A stretch of DNA of 64,000 bases from Patescibacteria group bacterium (GCA_016784175.1 JADHVC010000001.1:5567-69566); one strand, 5' to 3'; positions 10,456 to 20,599 are shown, numbered from the stretch's first letter. Numbers and translations are program-made. Notes: generated by a model not told the origin, from the sequence alone.

Positions 10456-12933
10456 CTATTTTCTATTCAATAAAATTTGTTTCAACCAAAGTAAATAGTT
10501 AATCTCATTTTTTATTCCGGAAGTCACAATCTGATCATCCATTATAAGTAATTCTTTTCTATTAACTACCTCGTCGGGATAATAATTCAAAACCTTTTCA
10601 ATATATTCGTTAGCTTCCAATATTCTCTCCTGACCGATCAATAAATTTATCAAATTTATATAGTACCTGGGTCTGTACTTATCTAAAGATATTGCGCGCT
10701 TAAATTCATTTTCAGCTTTTAGTGTATTACCATCTGTCTCGAATAATTTTCCACTTAACTCATAATTTAACGAATCACCCTCGTCGTGCTGTATCAAATA
10801 ATTAGCAATAGATCTTGACTCCGCCAACTTCATACTCCTCATATTTTGATCATCCATCTGAAGCCCAAGAGTATATTTTATTATTGCAAGCTCACGCAAA
10901 TATTTTACACTCAGTATATTAACTTTAACGGCTCGTTCTAAATATATTTCTGACTGCACATAATCACCCTGATGTTTATGTGCAACTCCTATATTAAAAT
11001 TATAGTAACTCATAGTTATAACTACGCCAACAACTAAAAATAAACATAACCCGACTAACAAATAAAATTTACCAATATTAATTATATTTATATTAGTATC
11101 TTCAGTGTCGACTTCTACAAAAACTGCATTACTCAACAAACCTAAATAAATCCAAAATATAAAATTATTAACTTGATAATGAGATCCAATATCTATAAAA
11201 TTATGCATCAAAAAAGCTAAAACACATAAATAGATTACTAAACATAAATCATCTTTCCTGCTTAATAAAAAACCATAATACAACATATACAATAAAAATA
11301 AAGCAAAGAAAACAAAATTCACAACCCCTACTTCACTAAGCAATTCTAAATACCAATTATGTGCATATTTTCCAGAACTTAAGGGGTTCACCTGATATTC
11401 CGGATAAGCCAAGCTGAATGTACCAAGCCCACTCCCAAACAATGGATAATTTGCAATTATATCAACAGCACCATTCCAATAATCCAAGCGTATATTTGCC
11501 GACACGTCCCCCACCCCAATACTCGACTCTTCTCGCTCTATGAAAGACGCTTTTGAACCTTTCATAAAATCAATTACACTAAAAAATATACCGATCGATA
11601 GAGTCACTAACACTAAACTAAAATATATATTTTTTAAATTAACTTTCTTAATTACGAATAAAAACAAACAAACAATTCCTCCACATAAAAATGCACCCCT
11701 CGACCCAGTTAAAATTAGTGCCGTGATATTTATTCCAGATAATAGAGCAAATAGAATTTTTCTAAAAAAATCTGTAGAAACAAATAAAAAATACAGGCCA
11801 ATAGGAGTCGTCAAAAGCAAAAAACTAGCGAATGGATTAGGCCAATAAAAAACCGAAGTAAGTCTATTATAACTGCCGCCAAGATAAATATCCAAACCAA
11901 CTAAACTAAGAGTCACAGAAATCAACAATAAAGCGAACAACAATATTTTTACATATCGTCTTCTAAGCCTCAAATGCATAAATATAAAATAAACAATACC
12001 AAAAAATAAATAGTAAAACCAATTAACAAGACTCACTAACAATGAACTTGAAAATGGTAAACTTAAAAATGTTAATAATAGAAATAACGACAACATACTC
12101 ATGGCCGTTAACTTCACACCAGCATGACTTGAGCTCACCACTTTATTATGAATCTTTATAAACAATCTAATTGGACATCTTAATAATTTCATAATATATA
12201 ACTGCACAACACCTAAGTGCTTTCTAAAATAGTAATCTTGTGAAACATAGTACAACTCTTTCTTTAAACTAAATATCTTTGAACTTCCTCCACCCAAATG
12301 TATTAAATGTACTGAAGGTAACACCACGCTCACAAACCCAGCAACATTCACTTTTTTACACAAATCAATATCCTCAAAATACATAAAAAATTTTTCATCA
12401 AAACCACCAACCATATCAAAAATAGATTTTCTAATTACTAATGCAGCACCTGTAACCCAATCGGTCTCAAAATATCCATTCCTACATTCACGTTTTCCTA
12501 CTTTAAACTTATTAGAAATTAAACTGAATATATTTGGAAAATCACCATATGCATGTGCCTGCTCACTTCCATCTTCAAGGATCAACTTTGGCAAGACAAT
12601 ACCCACCCCCTCATTAAATATAAATAATTCATCTATCTTTTCTAGAATGTTATCACTTACAATTGTGTCAGAATTTAAAAAAAACAAATATTTACCAGTA
12701 GCAATTTTTGACGCTTGATTATTAGCACATCCAAAACCAACATTTGTTTTATTACTTATTATCTTAACTTTATTAATAAATTTATCTTTAAAATACTCAA
12801 CACTTCCATCGCAAGAATTATTATCAACCAAAATAATTTCAAACATCCTTTCTGAACAATGTTTTAAAACAGAAATTATACAGTTCTTTGTTAACTCTAA
12901 TGTATTATAATTTACTATTATAATTGAAAACAT
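10456..12933 (-). CDS. GT2 (WbbL-like) + O-antigen ligase/O-oligosaccharyltransferase (Wzy_C) + TPR fusion
   Basis: VNYN, NVGFG.ANN, LNSD, FMYFEDID; then PNPFA, TGSRGA, GSGLGTF, AHNWYL; C-terminal TPR-like helices. Confidence 0.85.
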   Translation of the reverse strand: MFSIIIVNYNTLELTKNCIISVLKHCSERMFEIILVDNNSCDGSVEYFKDKFINKVKIISNKTNVGFGCANNQASKIATGKYLFFLNSDTIVSDNILEKIDELFIFNEGVGIVLPKLILEDGSEQAHAYGDFPNIFSLISNKFKVGKRECRNGYFETDWVTGAALVIRKSIFDMVGGFDEKFFMYFEDIDLCKKVNVAGFVSVVLPSVHLIHLGGGSSKIFSLKKELYYVSQDYYFRKHLGVVQLYIMKLLRCPIRLFIKIHNKVVSSSHAGVKLTAMSMLSLFLLLTFLSLPFSSSLLVSLVNWFYYLFFGIVYFIFMHLRLRRRYVKILLFALLLISVTLSLVGLDIYLGGSYNRLTSVFYWPNPFASFLLLTTPIGLYFLFVSTDFFRKILFALLSGINITALILTGSRGAFLCGGIVCLFLFVIKKVNLKNIYFSLVLVTLSIGIFFSVIDFMKGSKASFIEREESSIGVGDVSANIRLDYWNGAVDIIANYPLFGSGLGTFSLAYPEYQVNPLSSGKYAHNWYLELLSEVGVVNFVFFALFLLYMLYYGFLLSRKDDLCLVIYLCVLAFLMHNFIDIGSHYQVNNFIFWIYLGLLSNAVFVEVDTEDTNINIINIGKFYLLVGLCLFLVVGVVITMSYYNFNIGVAHKHQGDYVQSEIYLERAVKVNILSVKYLRELAIIKYTLGLQMDDQNMRSMKLAESRSIANYLIQHDEGDSLNYELSGKLFETDGNTLKAENEFKRAISLDKYRPRYYINLINLLIGQERILEANEYIEKVLNYYPDEVVNRKELLIMDDQIVTSGIKNEINYLLWLKQILLNRK

Positions 12934-12944
12934 ATAATCTCAAT

Positions 12945-14954
12945 TTATTTATCTATTTGGCTAATTAAATTTTCAAATACCTCTCTCTCTATCCTTACCT
13001 CTTCTTTATGCTCCCCATGAATAATGAGATTTAACTTTTCATTTGCAAGATCAGGAAGCTTGTTTAGTCCCCTATTTAAATATGCTAATGCTTCCGTGGG
13101 CCTATCTTGCCAAAAGAGCAATTGAGCTAAGTTTCGATAATGTATCGTAAAATTTGGATTATACTCTATCGCTTTTTTATATTCCATCTCTGCCTCACTA
13201 AAATATTCAGAGTTATAGTAACTACCAATATATGTATATGCATGCGCGACACTAATCATCGACCTAAATGAATAATTCATTAATTTTATATCCTTAACAA
13301 TACTTAGTAAATCACTTACTAGCTCATGCTTAACTACGCCAGTCTCCATTTGTGATAAACACCTTGAACCATACTCTAAAAAATCTTCCTTGTATGTTAC
13401 TTTATTTGGATTTAAAAATATAGCCATATTTATATTCTCGACAAAATCAGAGCAATTATTTGACGTTAAATATTTGTCTGCGCGTGAACGAAAAAAATCT
13501 GCCCGAGCTACAAATATTAGTTCATAACTCATAAACAGTGCAAAAACCATCACAACCATTAACAATAATCTTTTAAAATATATTTCATTAAAGTACAAAA
13601 CAACAAAACTATCACTTAAAACACAAAGATTCTGAACCAAGATAACCATAAAACCTAAGCACAACAAAGCCATCATATTCCCAACTACTAAAGAAAAACT
13701 AAATAAATCATTAACTGTATGAGCAAATAAAGAGCAAGCTAAAGCAATTATAAGCCAGCACTCATCACGATTAGATTTATCAAGGCCTCTTATGCACGAC
13801 AAGCCGAGGGATAATATATAACAAAATATTGAAATCAATAATAAAAAACCAATAATACCAACTTGTAAAAGTGAGTCCAATACAAAGCTATGTGCACGAG
13901 AGGGATAAGTATTTACTTTTTCATAAATAGCCAGCTCTGGTTTATAATGCTTAGCAAAAATATAATCTAAAGTATCAGGACCATAACCAAACAAAACCCT
14001 AACACTAGTCGCACCTCTCAATTCATCTAATGCGGAACCCCAATGAATCATTCTATTTTTTACTGAACCACTGCTAAAATCTGCAATACTCTTAACTCGC
14101 TGAGCAAAAATGGGACTCAATTGCATTAAGACTATCCCCAAAAATAAAATACCAATCATTATAACATAATGAACCATATTTAATTTAAACTTTAAGGCGT
14201 CAAGGCGTTTAAGATTTAGTGCAAAGAATATCAAAATAATTAAAACAGCGAAGCCGAGCCCAAGCCAAGCTGCTCTTGAATAGGTTAAAATTAAACATAT
14301 AAATTGCAACACAACTAAGCCCAACAAGCTCACCCTCCAAAACATATTAGATGCTAGGAAATAGACTGAATATATAGAAAGCGGAATTACAATTATCAAA
14401 TAATGTCCAAGATAGTTTGGATGACCTAGTGTCGATGATAGTCTATCAGCAAAAGAGTTCTCCATAACACCAAAAAACTGCAATAAACCAAAAACACAAA
14501 CAACAAAAGAAGCTGCACAGAGACAAATTATAAATCTCTTTATCTGACTTAAACTCGAAACACTAAAAACAAGAAGCAAAAAAAATAAAACATAAAAAAA
14601 ATAACTTACAAATCCCTGTTCACGCAAATTTCCACCCCAAATACTTTGATTTAAATTTAAAGAAAAAACTGATGAGATAAATACAGATACTAAATATAAA
14701 AAACACAACGAGATTAAAGTAACTTGTACTTTACTAAACCTCAAACCAGTTCTCAAATTGTCTTTATCAACAAAATATTTAAATATTAACAATAACCACC
14801 CCCCCCCTACTAGCACTTGAAAAATAACCAACTTAGGTAAAATAAATATATCATAAAACTCATTAAAAAAAGCAATGTATACAGGAATAATTAAAACTAT
14901 AGCATATATCAAATAGTCAATAAACCGATCAATATTATTAATAATAACTTTCAT
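12945..14954 (-). CDS. O-antigen ligase-like / PglL-type O-oligosaccharyltransferase with TPR tail
   Basis: STLGHPNYLG, TYSRAAW, GYGPDT, RAHS motifs; TPR-like C-terminus; adjacent to pilins. Confidence 0.85.
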   Translation of the reverse strand: MKVIINNIDRFIDYLIYAIVLIIPVYIAFFNEFYDIFILPKLVIFQVLVGGGWLLLIFKYFVDKDNLRTGLRFSKVQVTLISLCFLYLVSVFISSVFSLNLNQSIWGGNLREQGFVSYFFYVLFFLLLVFSVSSLSQIKRFIICLCAASFVVCVFGLLQFFGVMENSFADRLSSTLGHPNYLGHYLIIVIPLSIYSVYFLASNMFWRVSLLGLVVLQFICLILTYSRAAWLGLGFAVLIILIFFALNLKRLDALKFKLNMVHYVIMIGILFLGIVLMQLSPIFAQRVKSIADFSSGSVKNRMIHWGSALDELRGATSVRVLFGYGPDTLDYIFAKHYKPELAIYEKVNTYPSRAHSFVLDSLLQVGIIGFLLLISIFCYILSLGLSCIRGLDKSNRDECWLIIALACSLFAHTVNDLFSFSLVVGNMMALLCLGFMVILVQNLCVLSDSFVVLYFNEIYFKRLLLMVVMVFALFMSYELIFVARADFFRSRADKYLTSNNCSDFVENINMAIFLNPNKVTYKEDFLEYGSRCLSQMETGVVKHELVSDLLSIVKDIKLMNYSFRSMISVAHAYTYIGSYYNSEYFSEAEMEYKKAIEYNPNFTIHYRNLAQLLFWQDRPTEALAYLNRGLNKLPDLANEKLNLIIHGEHKEEVRIEREVFENLISQIDK
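14799..14807 (-). repeat. G9 homopolymer in the coding strand (possible phase-variable tract)
   Basis: C9 on the + strand; encodes V-GGG-W near the 5' end of the OTase-like gene. Confidence 0.7.
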
Positions 14955-15042
14955 AATTATAGCCCAACCAAAACTAAAAAAAATTCTCTACCTAAGCAAA
15001 GAACTTTAATTTATTTTACAAAAAAATACAACCAACACGTCC

Positions 15043-15495
15043 TTAACCACCCCAAATTCCAGCTTCAGAAGCTGTTTGAACACCTGCTGGAATCCCACCA
15101 GTCACATTCTCAAGACTATACTGAAGTTTATAAGCCCTTTTATTTACTGGATCTACATTCGTATAAGTATATTCAACATCTCCATTGGGCTGAGGCGTTT
15201 TTGGCACCCTTGTCATATATATTAAAGACGCATCCGAACAAGTCGAATTAAAACCAGAATTTTTTGAATCCAAACACTTATTCCCAATATCAACATTTTC
15301 ACCAGGAGGATAAGAATATTTATCATTATAATAAATTTCCAATGCCGATTGAAGCTGCTTTATATCTGAAATACGACGAGCATCTCTAGACTTCGATCTA
15401 GCTCCATTCAATGCAATCACAGCAAAAGTTGAAAGCAAACCAATTATGGCAATTACTACTAGCAATTCTATAAGAGTAAAACCTTTTTTATTCAT
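15043..15495 (-). CDS. Type IV pilin (major-type paralogue)
   Basis: KGFTLIELLVVIAIIG, ARSKSRDARRISDIKQ. Confidence 0.9.
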   Translation of the reverse strand: MNKKGFTLIELLVVIAIIGLLSTFAVIALNGARSKSRDARRISDIKQLQSALEIYYNDKYSYPPGENVDIGNKCLDSKNSGFNSTCSDASLIYMTRVPKTPQPNGDVEYTYTNVDPVNKRAYKLQYSLENVTGGIPAGVQTASEAGIWGG

Positions 15496-15624
15496 AATTA
15501 TTATAATATATCATCTTTATCTCTAAAGGTCATTATACCACAAATTAAAAAATATATTTAAGATACATGCCGTGCAGAAATGTGCATAAGTTCAAATCTG
15601 TATTTCCAGCGCATAAAACAACAA

Positions 15625-15682
15625 ATTCCCCGTTCTGATTTTTAATGAAACTTCAATTTCATTAAAAAATAGAACGGGGAAT
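15625..15682. terminator. Long stem-loop between the two pilin genes
   Basis: ATTCCCCGTTCT..TTTTTAATGAAA / TTTCATTAAAAA..AGAACGGGGAAT inverted repeat. Confidence 0.7.
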
Positions 15683-15718
15683 ATTGAATCTTTAAGCAGG
15701 ATCCCTTTAAAGACTCAA

Positions 15719-16198
15719 TTAATCAACAATTTTAGAAGCACCATAGATACCAGCTTGTGAAGCAGTGTTCACGCCAGCTGGAACGCCACCAGCACCATTT
15801 TCTAAAGTATATTCGATCTTGTATTCTCTAGCATTTGCAGTGTCTGTATTCCTATACTTATATGCACTTCCATTTGGTGCAGGGTTAGAAGGAACTCTTG
15901 TCATATAAATAGTACCCGTTGGGTTACAAGTAGTTTCTACGAATCCATTTGTGAATAGTTGCAAACATTTATTACCAATTTCAATCGGATTAGCTCCAGT
16001 AGTAGGAGGATATCCATTAGCATCGTTATAATAAAGCTCTAAAGCAGATTGAATTTGCTTAATATCAGAAACACGACGTGCATCTCTAGACTTTGATCTA
16101 GCATTATTTAACGCAATAACAGCTAAAGTTGATAGTAAACCAATAATAGCAATTACTACTAATAGCTCGATTAATGTAAAACCTTTTTGTCTTTTCAT
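15719..16198 (-). CDS. Type IV major pilin candidate
   Basis: KGFTLIELLVVIAIIG; strong SD AGGGGGTGA and a consensus promoter upstream. Confidence 0.9.
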   Translation of the reverse strand: MKRQKGFTLIELLVVIAIIGLLSTLAVIALNNARSKSRDARRVSDIKQIQSALELYYNDANGYPPTTGANPIEIGNKCLQLFTNGFVETTCNPTGTIYMTRVPSNPAPNGSAYKYRNTDTANAREYKIEYTLENGAGGVPAGVNTASQAGIYGASKIVD

Positions 16199-16259
16199 TA
16201 TTTCACCCCCTTTCTATTATAAATTATTATAAATATTATAAACAAACCTAAATATACAT

Positions 16260-16296
16260 TTATCCACATTATAGCATACGCTAAAGAAACTTTCAA
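16260..16296 (-). promoter_or_regulatory. Sigma70 promoter of the pilin gene with an abutting DnaA box
   Basis: Minus strand reads TTGAAA-17bp-TATAAT with extended -10 TG; TTATCCACA at 16260-16268. Confidence 0.75.
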
Positions 16297-16341
16297 CTAT
16301 CTCTTTTCAACATATTATAAACAACCGATCTACGACGCTGT

Positions 16342-16531
16342 TTAACTGCTCATTATGTCTGCATTATTTTTGAGCGTATATGGAATATGTAATAATTTTT
16401 AGCATAATTTAACTTAAAAAAATTTTATGTTTGAGTGAAGCGAGTTTAAAATTTTTGTTAAATTGTGCGTAAAAAATTGCCCAATATTCCATCCTAAGCG
16501 AAAAAGTGATGCAGGTATAGTGAGTACTTAC
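16342..16531. mobile_element. MITE copy A (~190 bp palindromic element)
   Basis: Near-identical to 17763-17951; flanked by GACGCTGT / TACGCTGT (7/8 direct repeat). Confidence 0.8.
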
Positions 16532-17739
16532 TACGCTGTTGCCATATTATACATGGGCAATATTACAGCTGCCACCATAGTTCCCACCGCAATTCCCATA
16601 ATAACCATAATAATTGGCTCCATTAATGTCATCAAATTATCGATTGTAGTATTTACCTCACGCTGATAAAACTGAGCCACTCTACCTAGAATCATATCCA
16701 ATTTGCCCGTCTTCTCTCCAATACTCGCCATTTGTGACATCATCTGAGGAATCAATTTCGAAGTTGACAACACACTTGACATAGGACTTCCGTCCTCTAC
16801 TTCTTCCGTTGTTTTTTTGATTAATTTCGCAAAAACCTTATTATTTACTACCTCACCAGACACCTTAAGACTCTCAGTTACAGTAATACCACCGGAAATC
16901 AAAGTCTCCATCGATCGTGAAAAACGAACAATATAAATCTTTTGAAACAACTTACCAAATATTGGCAACTTAAGTAATACATAATCAGCAACATATCCAC
17001 CTTTTGGAGTAGCAACATAGTACTTAAAACCAACGCCAGCACATATTGCACCGATAAAAATCAATATCCAATAATTTTGCATAAAATCAGACAATCCTAT
17101 TAAAATTCGTGTAGCAATAGGTAACTCCACGCCTGATTCAGTCAATACACCAGTCAATTTTGGCACAACAAATACCATCATCACGACACCGACAACAGTC
17201 AAACCAGTCATAACAAAAGCAGGATAAGTCATAGCACCCTTAATCTTTGACATCATATCATAATCCTTTTCCACTTCATCGGCCAAATAAGTTAATGACT
17301 CTGCTAATTTTCCAGAACTTTCGCCACCTCGTATTACACTAGTATGAAAACCAGTAAATACCTTTGGATGACGCGACATAGCATCAGACAGCCTAGAACC
17401 AGAATCAACCTCGTCTGCAACCTCTGAGATAAGCATTTTAAGCTTAATACTTTCAGTTTGCTCAACAATAATCTTTAAAGCTTGCACCATTGCAACATTA
17501 GCAGAAACCATAACCGAAAATTGCCTAAAAAATATCACAAGATCACGAGTTTTAACTGATGAACCAAAAGAAATTACAAAGTTCTTCGATGTAGCCTTGA
17601 TTTTTTGCGCTTCAACAAAAATAACCTTAAGGCCCTCAGCGACAACAAGCCCAGAAGCCTCTTTCTCACTCACCGCGTCCACCAACCCCTCCACTTCCTC
17701 GCCCTGGGTATTTATTGCTTTATATTTGAATACTGCCAT
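16531..17739 (-). CDS. pilC: Type IV pilus inner-membrane platform protein
   Basis: FKYKA, FFRQFS, GESSGKL, GEKTGKL, EPIIMVIMG, LPMY. Confidence 0.95.
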   Translation of the reverse strand: MAVFKYKAINTQGEEVEGLVDAVSEKEASGLVVAEGLKVIFVEAQKIKATSKNFVISFGSSVKTRDLVIFFRQFSVMVSANVAMVQALKIIVEQTESIKLKMLISEVADEVDSGSRLSDAMSRHPKVFTGFHTSVIRGGESSGKLAESLTYLADEVEKDYDMMSKIKGAMTYPAFVMTGLTVVGVVMMVFVVPKLTGVLTESGVELPIATRILIGLSDFMQNYWILIFIGAICAGVGFKYYVATPKGGYVADYVLLKLPIFGKLFQKIYIVRFSRSMETLISGGITVTESLKVSGEVVNNKVFAKLIKKTTEEVEDGSPMSSVLSTSKLIPQMMSQMASIGEKTGKLDMILGRVAQFYQREVNTTIDNLMTLMEPIIMVIMGIAVGTMVAAVILPMYNMATA

Positions 17740-17762
17740 ATAATTATAGATTATATTCTTAC

Positions 17763-17951
17763 GTAACTACTCACTATATCTGCATTATTTTTGAGCGCAT
17801 ATGGAATATGTAGTAATTTTTAGCACAATTTAACTTAAAAAATTTTATGTTTGAGTGAAGCGAGTTTAAAATTTTTGTTAAATTGTGCGTAAAAAATTGC
17901 CCAATATTCAATCCTAAGCGAAAAAGTGATGCAGATATAGTGAGCAGTTAC
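17763..17951. mobile_element. MITE copy B (189 bp) with an 8-bp target-site duplication
   Basis: Ends GTAACTACTCACTATATCTGCAT / ATGCAGATATAGTGAGCAGTTAC; ATTCTTAC at 17755-17762 and 17952-17959. Confidence 0.9.
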
Positions 17952-17955
17952 ATTC

Positions 17956-18387
17956 TTACTTCTTTACTAATTGTTTTTTCTTTACTACAGAACTTTTTTT
18001 AGATTTCTTTAGAAGACCCTCTACTTTTTCTACGACCTCAGAAGGCATAAAATGCGCCTTCACTAAATAATCATCTGCTCCCATTGCAAGCCCCCTATCA
18101 ATATCTTTTCTTTGACTCAAATTAGTTAGCAAGATAATTGGTATACCATCAGTTTTTTTGTCTTTTTTAATCTCTCTTAAAAATCCAAAACCATCCAATT
18201 TCGGCATCAAAATATCAAGCAAAATAATATCAGGACTCTTTACTTTCACTAAATCTAATCCCTCCATACCATTCGAAGCTACGAAAACTTTATAATTTTC
18301 ACCTTCAAATTTTGTCGAGTAAATATTTAATAAAAAATAATCATCTTCAACAATCAAAATTACTCCTTTTGGTTTTTGCTTTACCAT
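17956..18387 (-). CDS. Single-domain response regulator (CheY-like)
   Basis: ILIVEDD, LLDILMP, LLTN, DDYLVK. Confidence 0.92.
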   Translation of the reverse strand: MVKQKPKGVILIVEDDYFLLNIYSTKFEGENYKVFVASNGMEGLDLVKVKSPDIILLDILMPKLDGFGFLREIKKDKKTDGIPIILLTNLSQRKDIDRGLAMGADDYLVKAHFMPSEVVEKVEGLLKKSKKSSVVKKKQLVKK

Positions 18388-18470
18388 ATTTTACTAATAT
18401 AAATAATTATTTATAAAACTTATAGAGAGCTAAATTATACATCAAATATAAAATCGCCTCTTCATATTTT

Positions 18471-20219
18471 TTAACCAGACACAACTCTAAATATTTCCTC
18501 CAAAGTAGTCTTCCCCTGTAGTGCTTTAATAATACCATCTTGCATTAAATCAATAAATGTTTGTGTTGCCTGCACATCGTCTAATGATATCGGTCTATCT
18601 GGCTCATATATCAATTTACGCAATTCATCATTAATATCAATGATCTCCGTAATAGCTAATCGACCAGTATATCCAGTATTTCCACATCGAGGACAACCCT
18701 CTCCCTTATAAAATTGAATCTTATCTACATCATAGCCCTTAATACGTCTTTTTAATACATCTATTGGGGTTTTTTTAAGACTATCATACACTTGCTTAGA
18801 AGCACTCTTTGGAAGATCTGCCTTTACTCGACAATTTGAACAAATTCTGCGAACCAATCTTTGAGCTAAAATAACATTAATAGTGGATGCCAACAAGAAT
18901 CTCTCAGCATTCATATCGATCAATCTAGGAATTGCTCCAATGGCGTTGTTAGTATGCAGTGTTGATAGAACTAGATGGCCTGTTAAGGCAGCGTGTATGC
19001 CGAGTTCAGCAGTTTCATTATCACGAATTTCTCCGACCATCATAATATCTGGATCTTGTCTTAACAATGTACGCAAACCAGATGCAAATGTATAGCCAAG
19101 TAGAGGTCTAATTTGAGACTGATTTACTCCAGGCACATAATACTCAACCGGATCCTCCAATGTAGAGATATTTACACCTTCCTTGTTGATCAAGTTAAGT
19201 ATTGAAAAAAGAGTAGTTGATTTACCAGACCCAGTTGGCCCAGTAATCAAAAATATACCATAAGTCTTTTTCATCTGCTCTCTAATAACCTTCCCTTCCC
19301 TATCCTCAAACCCAAGTTCCTCTAAAGTTGGAGCTCCTTTCGTAACATCTAAAATTCTCATTACAACCTTTTCAGTATCCACTAATGGAATAATTGAAAC
19401 ACGGAAGTCAATCTCATTATCATTAATAAGCAATCGAATACGACCACCCTGAGGAATTCTTGTTTCGTCCAATTTTAAACCAGCCAAAACTTTAATTCTT
19501 GCCACAACCGCATAGTGAATATTTTTAGGTAAAACCAAAGAAGTATGAAGTATTCCATCAATACGATATCTAACCCTAGTCTCCCTAAGCAATGGCTCAA
19601 TATGAATATCACTTGCTTTACCATCAACCGCATGCCTAATAATAACAGAAACAATCTTTGTAACTGGGGCTGATTTAACAACTTCCTCAAGCTCTACACT
19701 TTCAACCTCCTTCTCTTTAATTTCAATCAACTCTTTATCATCCTCCTCCTTAGCCTGTAACGCGGAAACCACTTCCCTACTCATTGATTCGTATTGCTTC
19801 CTAGCATGATTATAGCTAGCAGATGAGATCAAAAAATATTCAATTCTTAGCTGCTTCTTTTTAGCCAAAAAATCCAAAGCACCGATTGCCTTAAAATCAT
19901 CAGGGTTAACTAAACCAACCTTCATAGTTTTTTCATCTTTTTGAAAACAGATAGCCTTATAATTTTCCGAAACCTCATTCGGAATCATATTAAGATCCAT
20001 GTCATTAATCTTTGCAGAAAAAAGGTTTATATATTCAATACCGCTCAAACTAGCCTTCAAATTAATTAACTTCTCTTCGTCAATAAGTTGTTTAGATATC
20101 AACACAAACTCTAAAGATTTCTTCTTTTCATTCGCTTGCTCTTCAGCCTTACTAATATTTACCTGACTTATTAAATTATTTTTTACTAGAGCTTTAATGA
20201 GCTCAGATTTTTTTACCAT
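18471..20219 (-). CDS. pilB: Type IV pilus assembly ATPase
   Basis: ASDIHIEP, GPTGSGKST, EDPVE, LRQDPD, GHLVLSTLH, Zn-binding CxxC pairs. Confidence 0.95.
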   Translation of the reverse strand: MVKKSELIKALVKNNLISQVNISKAEEQANEKKKSLEFVLISKQLIDEEKLINLKASLSGIEYINLFSAKINDMDLNMIPNEVSENYKAICFQKDEKTMKVGLVNPDDFKAIGALDFLAKKKQLRIEYFLISSASYNHARKQYESMSREVVSALQAKEEDDKELIEIKEKEVESVELEEVVKSAPVTKIVSVIIRHAVDGKASDIHIEPLLRETRVRYRIDGILHTSLVLPKNIHYAVVARIKVLAGLKLDETRIPQGGRIRLLINDNEIDFRVSIIPLVDTEKVVMRILDVTKGAPTLEELGFEDREGKVIREQMKKTYGIFLITGPTGSGKSTTLFSILNLINKEGVNISTLEDPVEYYVPGVNQSQIRPLLGYTFASGLRTLLRQDPDIMMVGEIRDNETAELGIHAALTGHLVLSTLHTNNAIGAIPRLIDMNAERFLLASTINVILAQRLVRRICSNCRVKADLPKSASKQVYDSLKKTPIDVLKRRIKGYDVDKIQFYKGEGCPRCGNTGYTGRLAITEIIDINDELRKLIYEPDRPISLDDVQATQTFIDLMQDGIIKALQGKTTLEEIFRVVSG

Positions 20220-20245
20220 ATATTCTAAACTTCAATATATAAAAT

Positions 20246-20599
20246 TTATTTTATCTCAAAACTTTTAAACGGGTCTTTTTTGCCCAAATTTATATCAATA
20301 ACCTCAGCCGAATTTTCTCTAAGTGATCTAAACTTAGGATCATAAAATAACTCAATATCAAAATATCTTTGTATTTTAGACATTACATCCTCCCCATCCA
20401 CCTTATCCTTATTAATATCCACAATAGCACTCGATCTTGATCCATAATAAGCAGGTAGCCCCAGATCTGGCTCAGTCAAATCAAATGTCTTAACATAATA
20501 ACTATAAGTTAAATAAATAGTTCCAACCACCATAGTAAGTATAATAGCTGAATGCACTGCTAATTTTTTCTTTTGTGTTACTTTTGTTGCAATTAACAT
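20246..20599 (-). CDS. Hypothetical membrane-anchored pilus protein (PilP position)
   Basis: One TM segment, C-terminal GKKDPF; between pilO and pilB. Confidence 0.55.
   Translation of the reverse strand: MLIATKVTQKKKLAVHSAIILTMVVGTIYLTYSYYVKTFDLTEPDLGLPAYYGSRSSAIVDINKDKVDGEDVMSKIQRYFDIELFYDPKFRSLRENSAEVIDINLGKKDPFKSFEIK

Noticed and set aside
16463-16666. 67-aa plus-strand ORF
   Set aside because: It spans the MITE and is antisense to pilC; spurious
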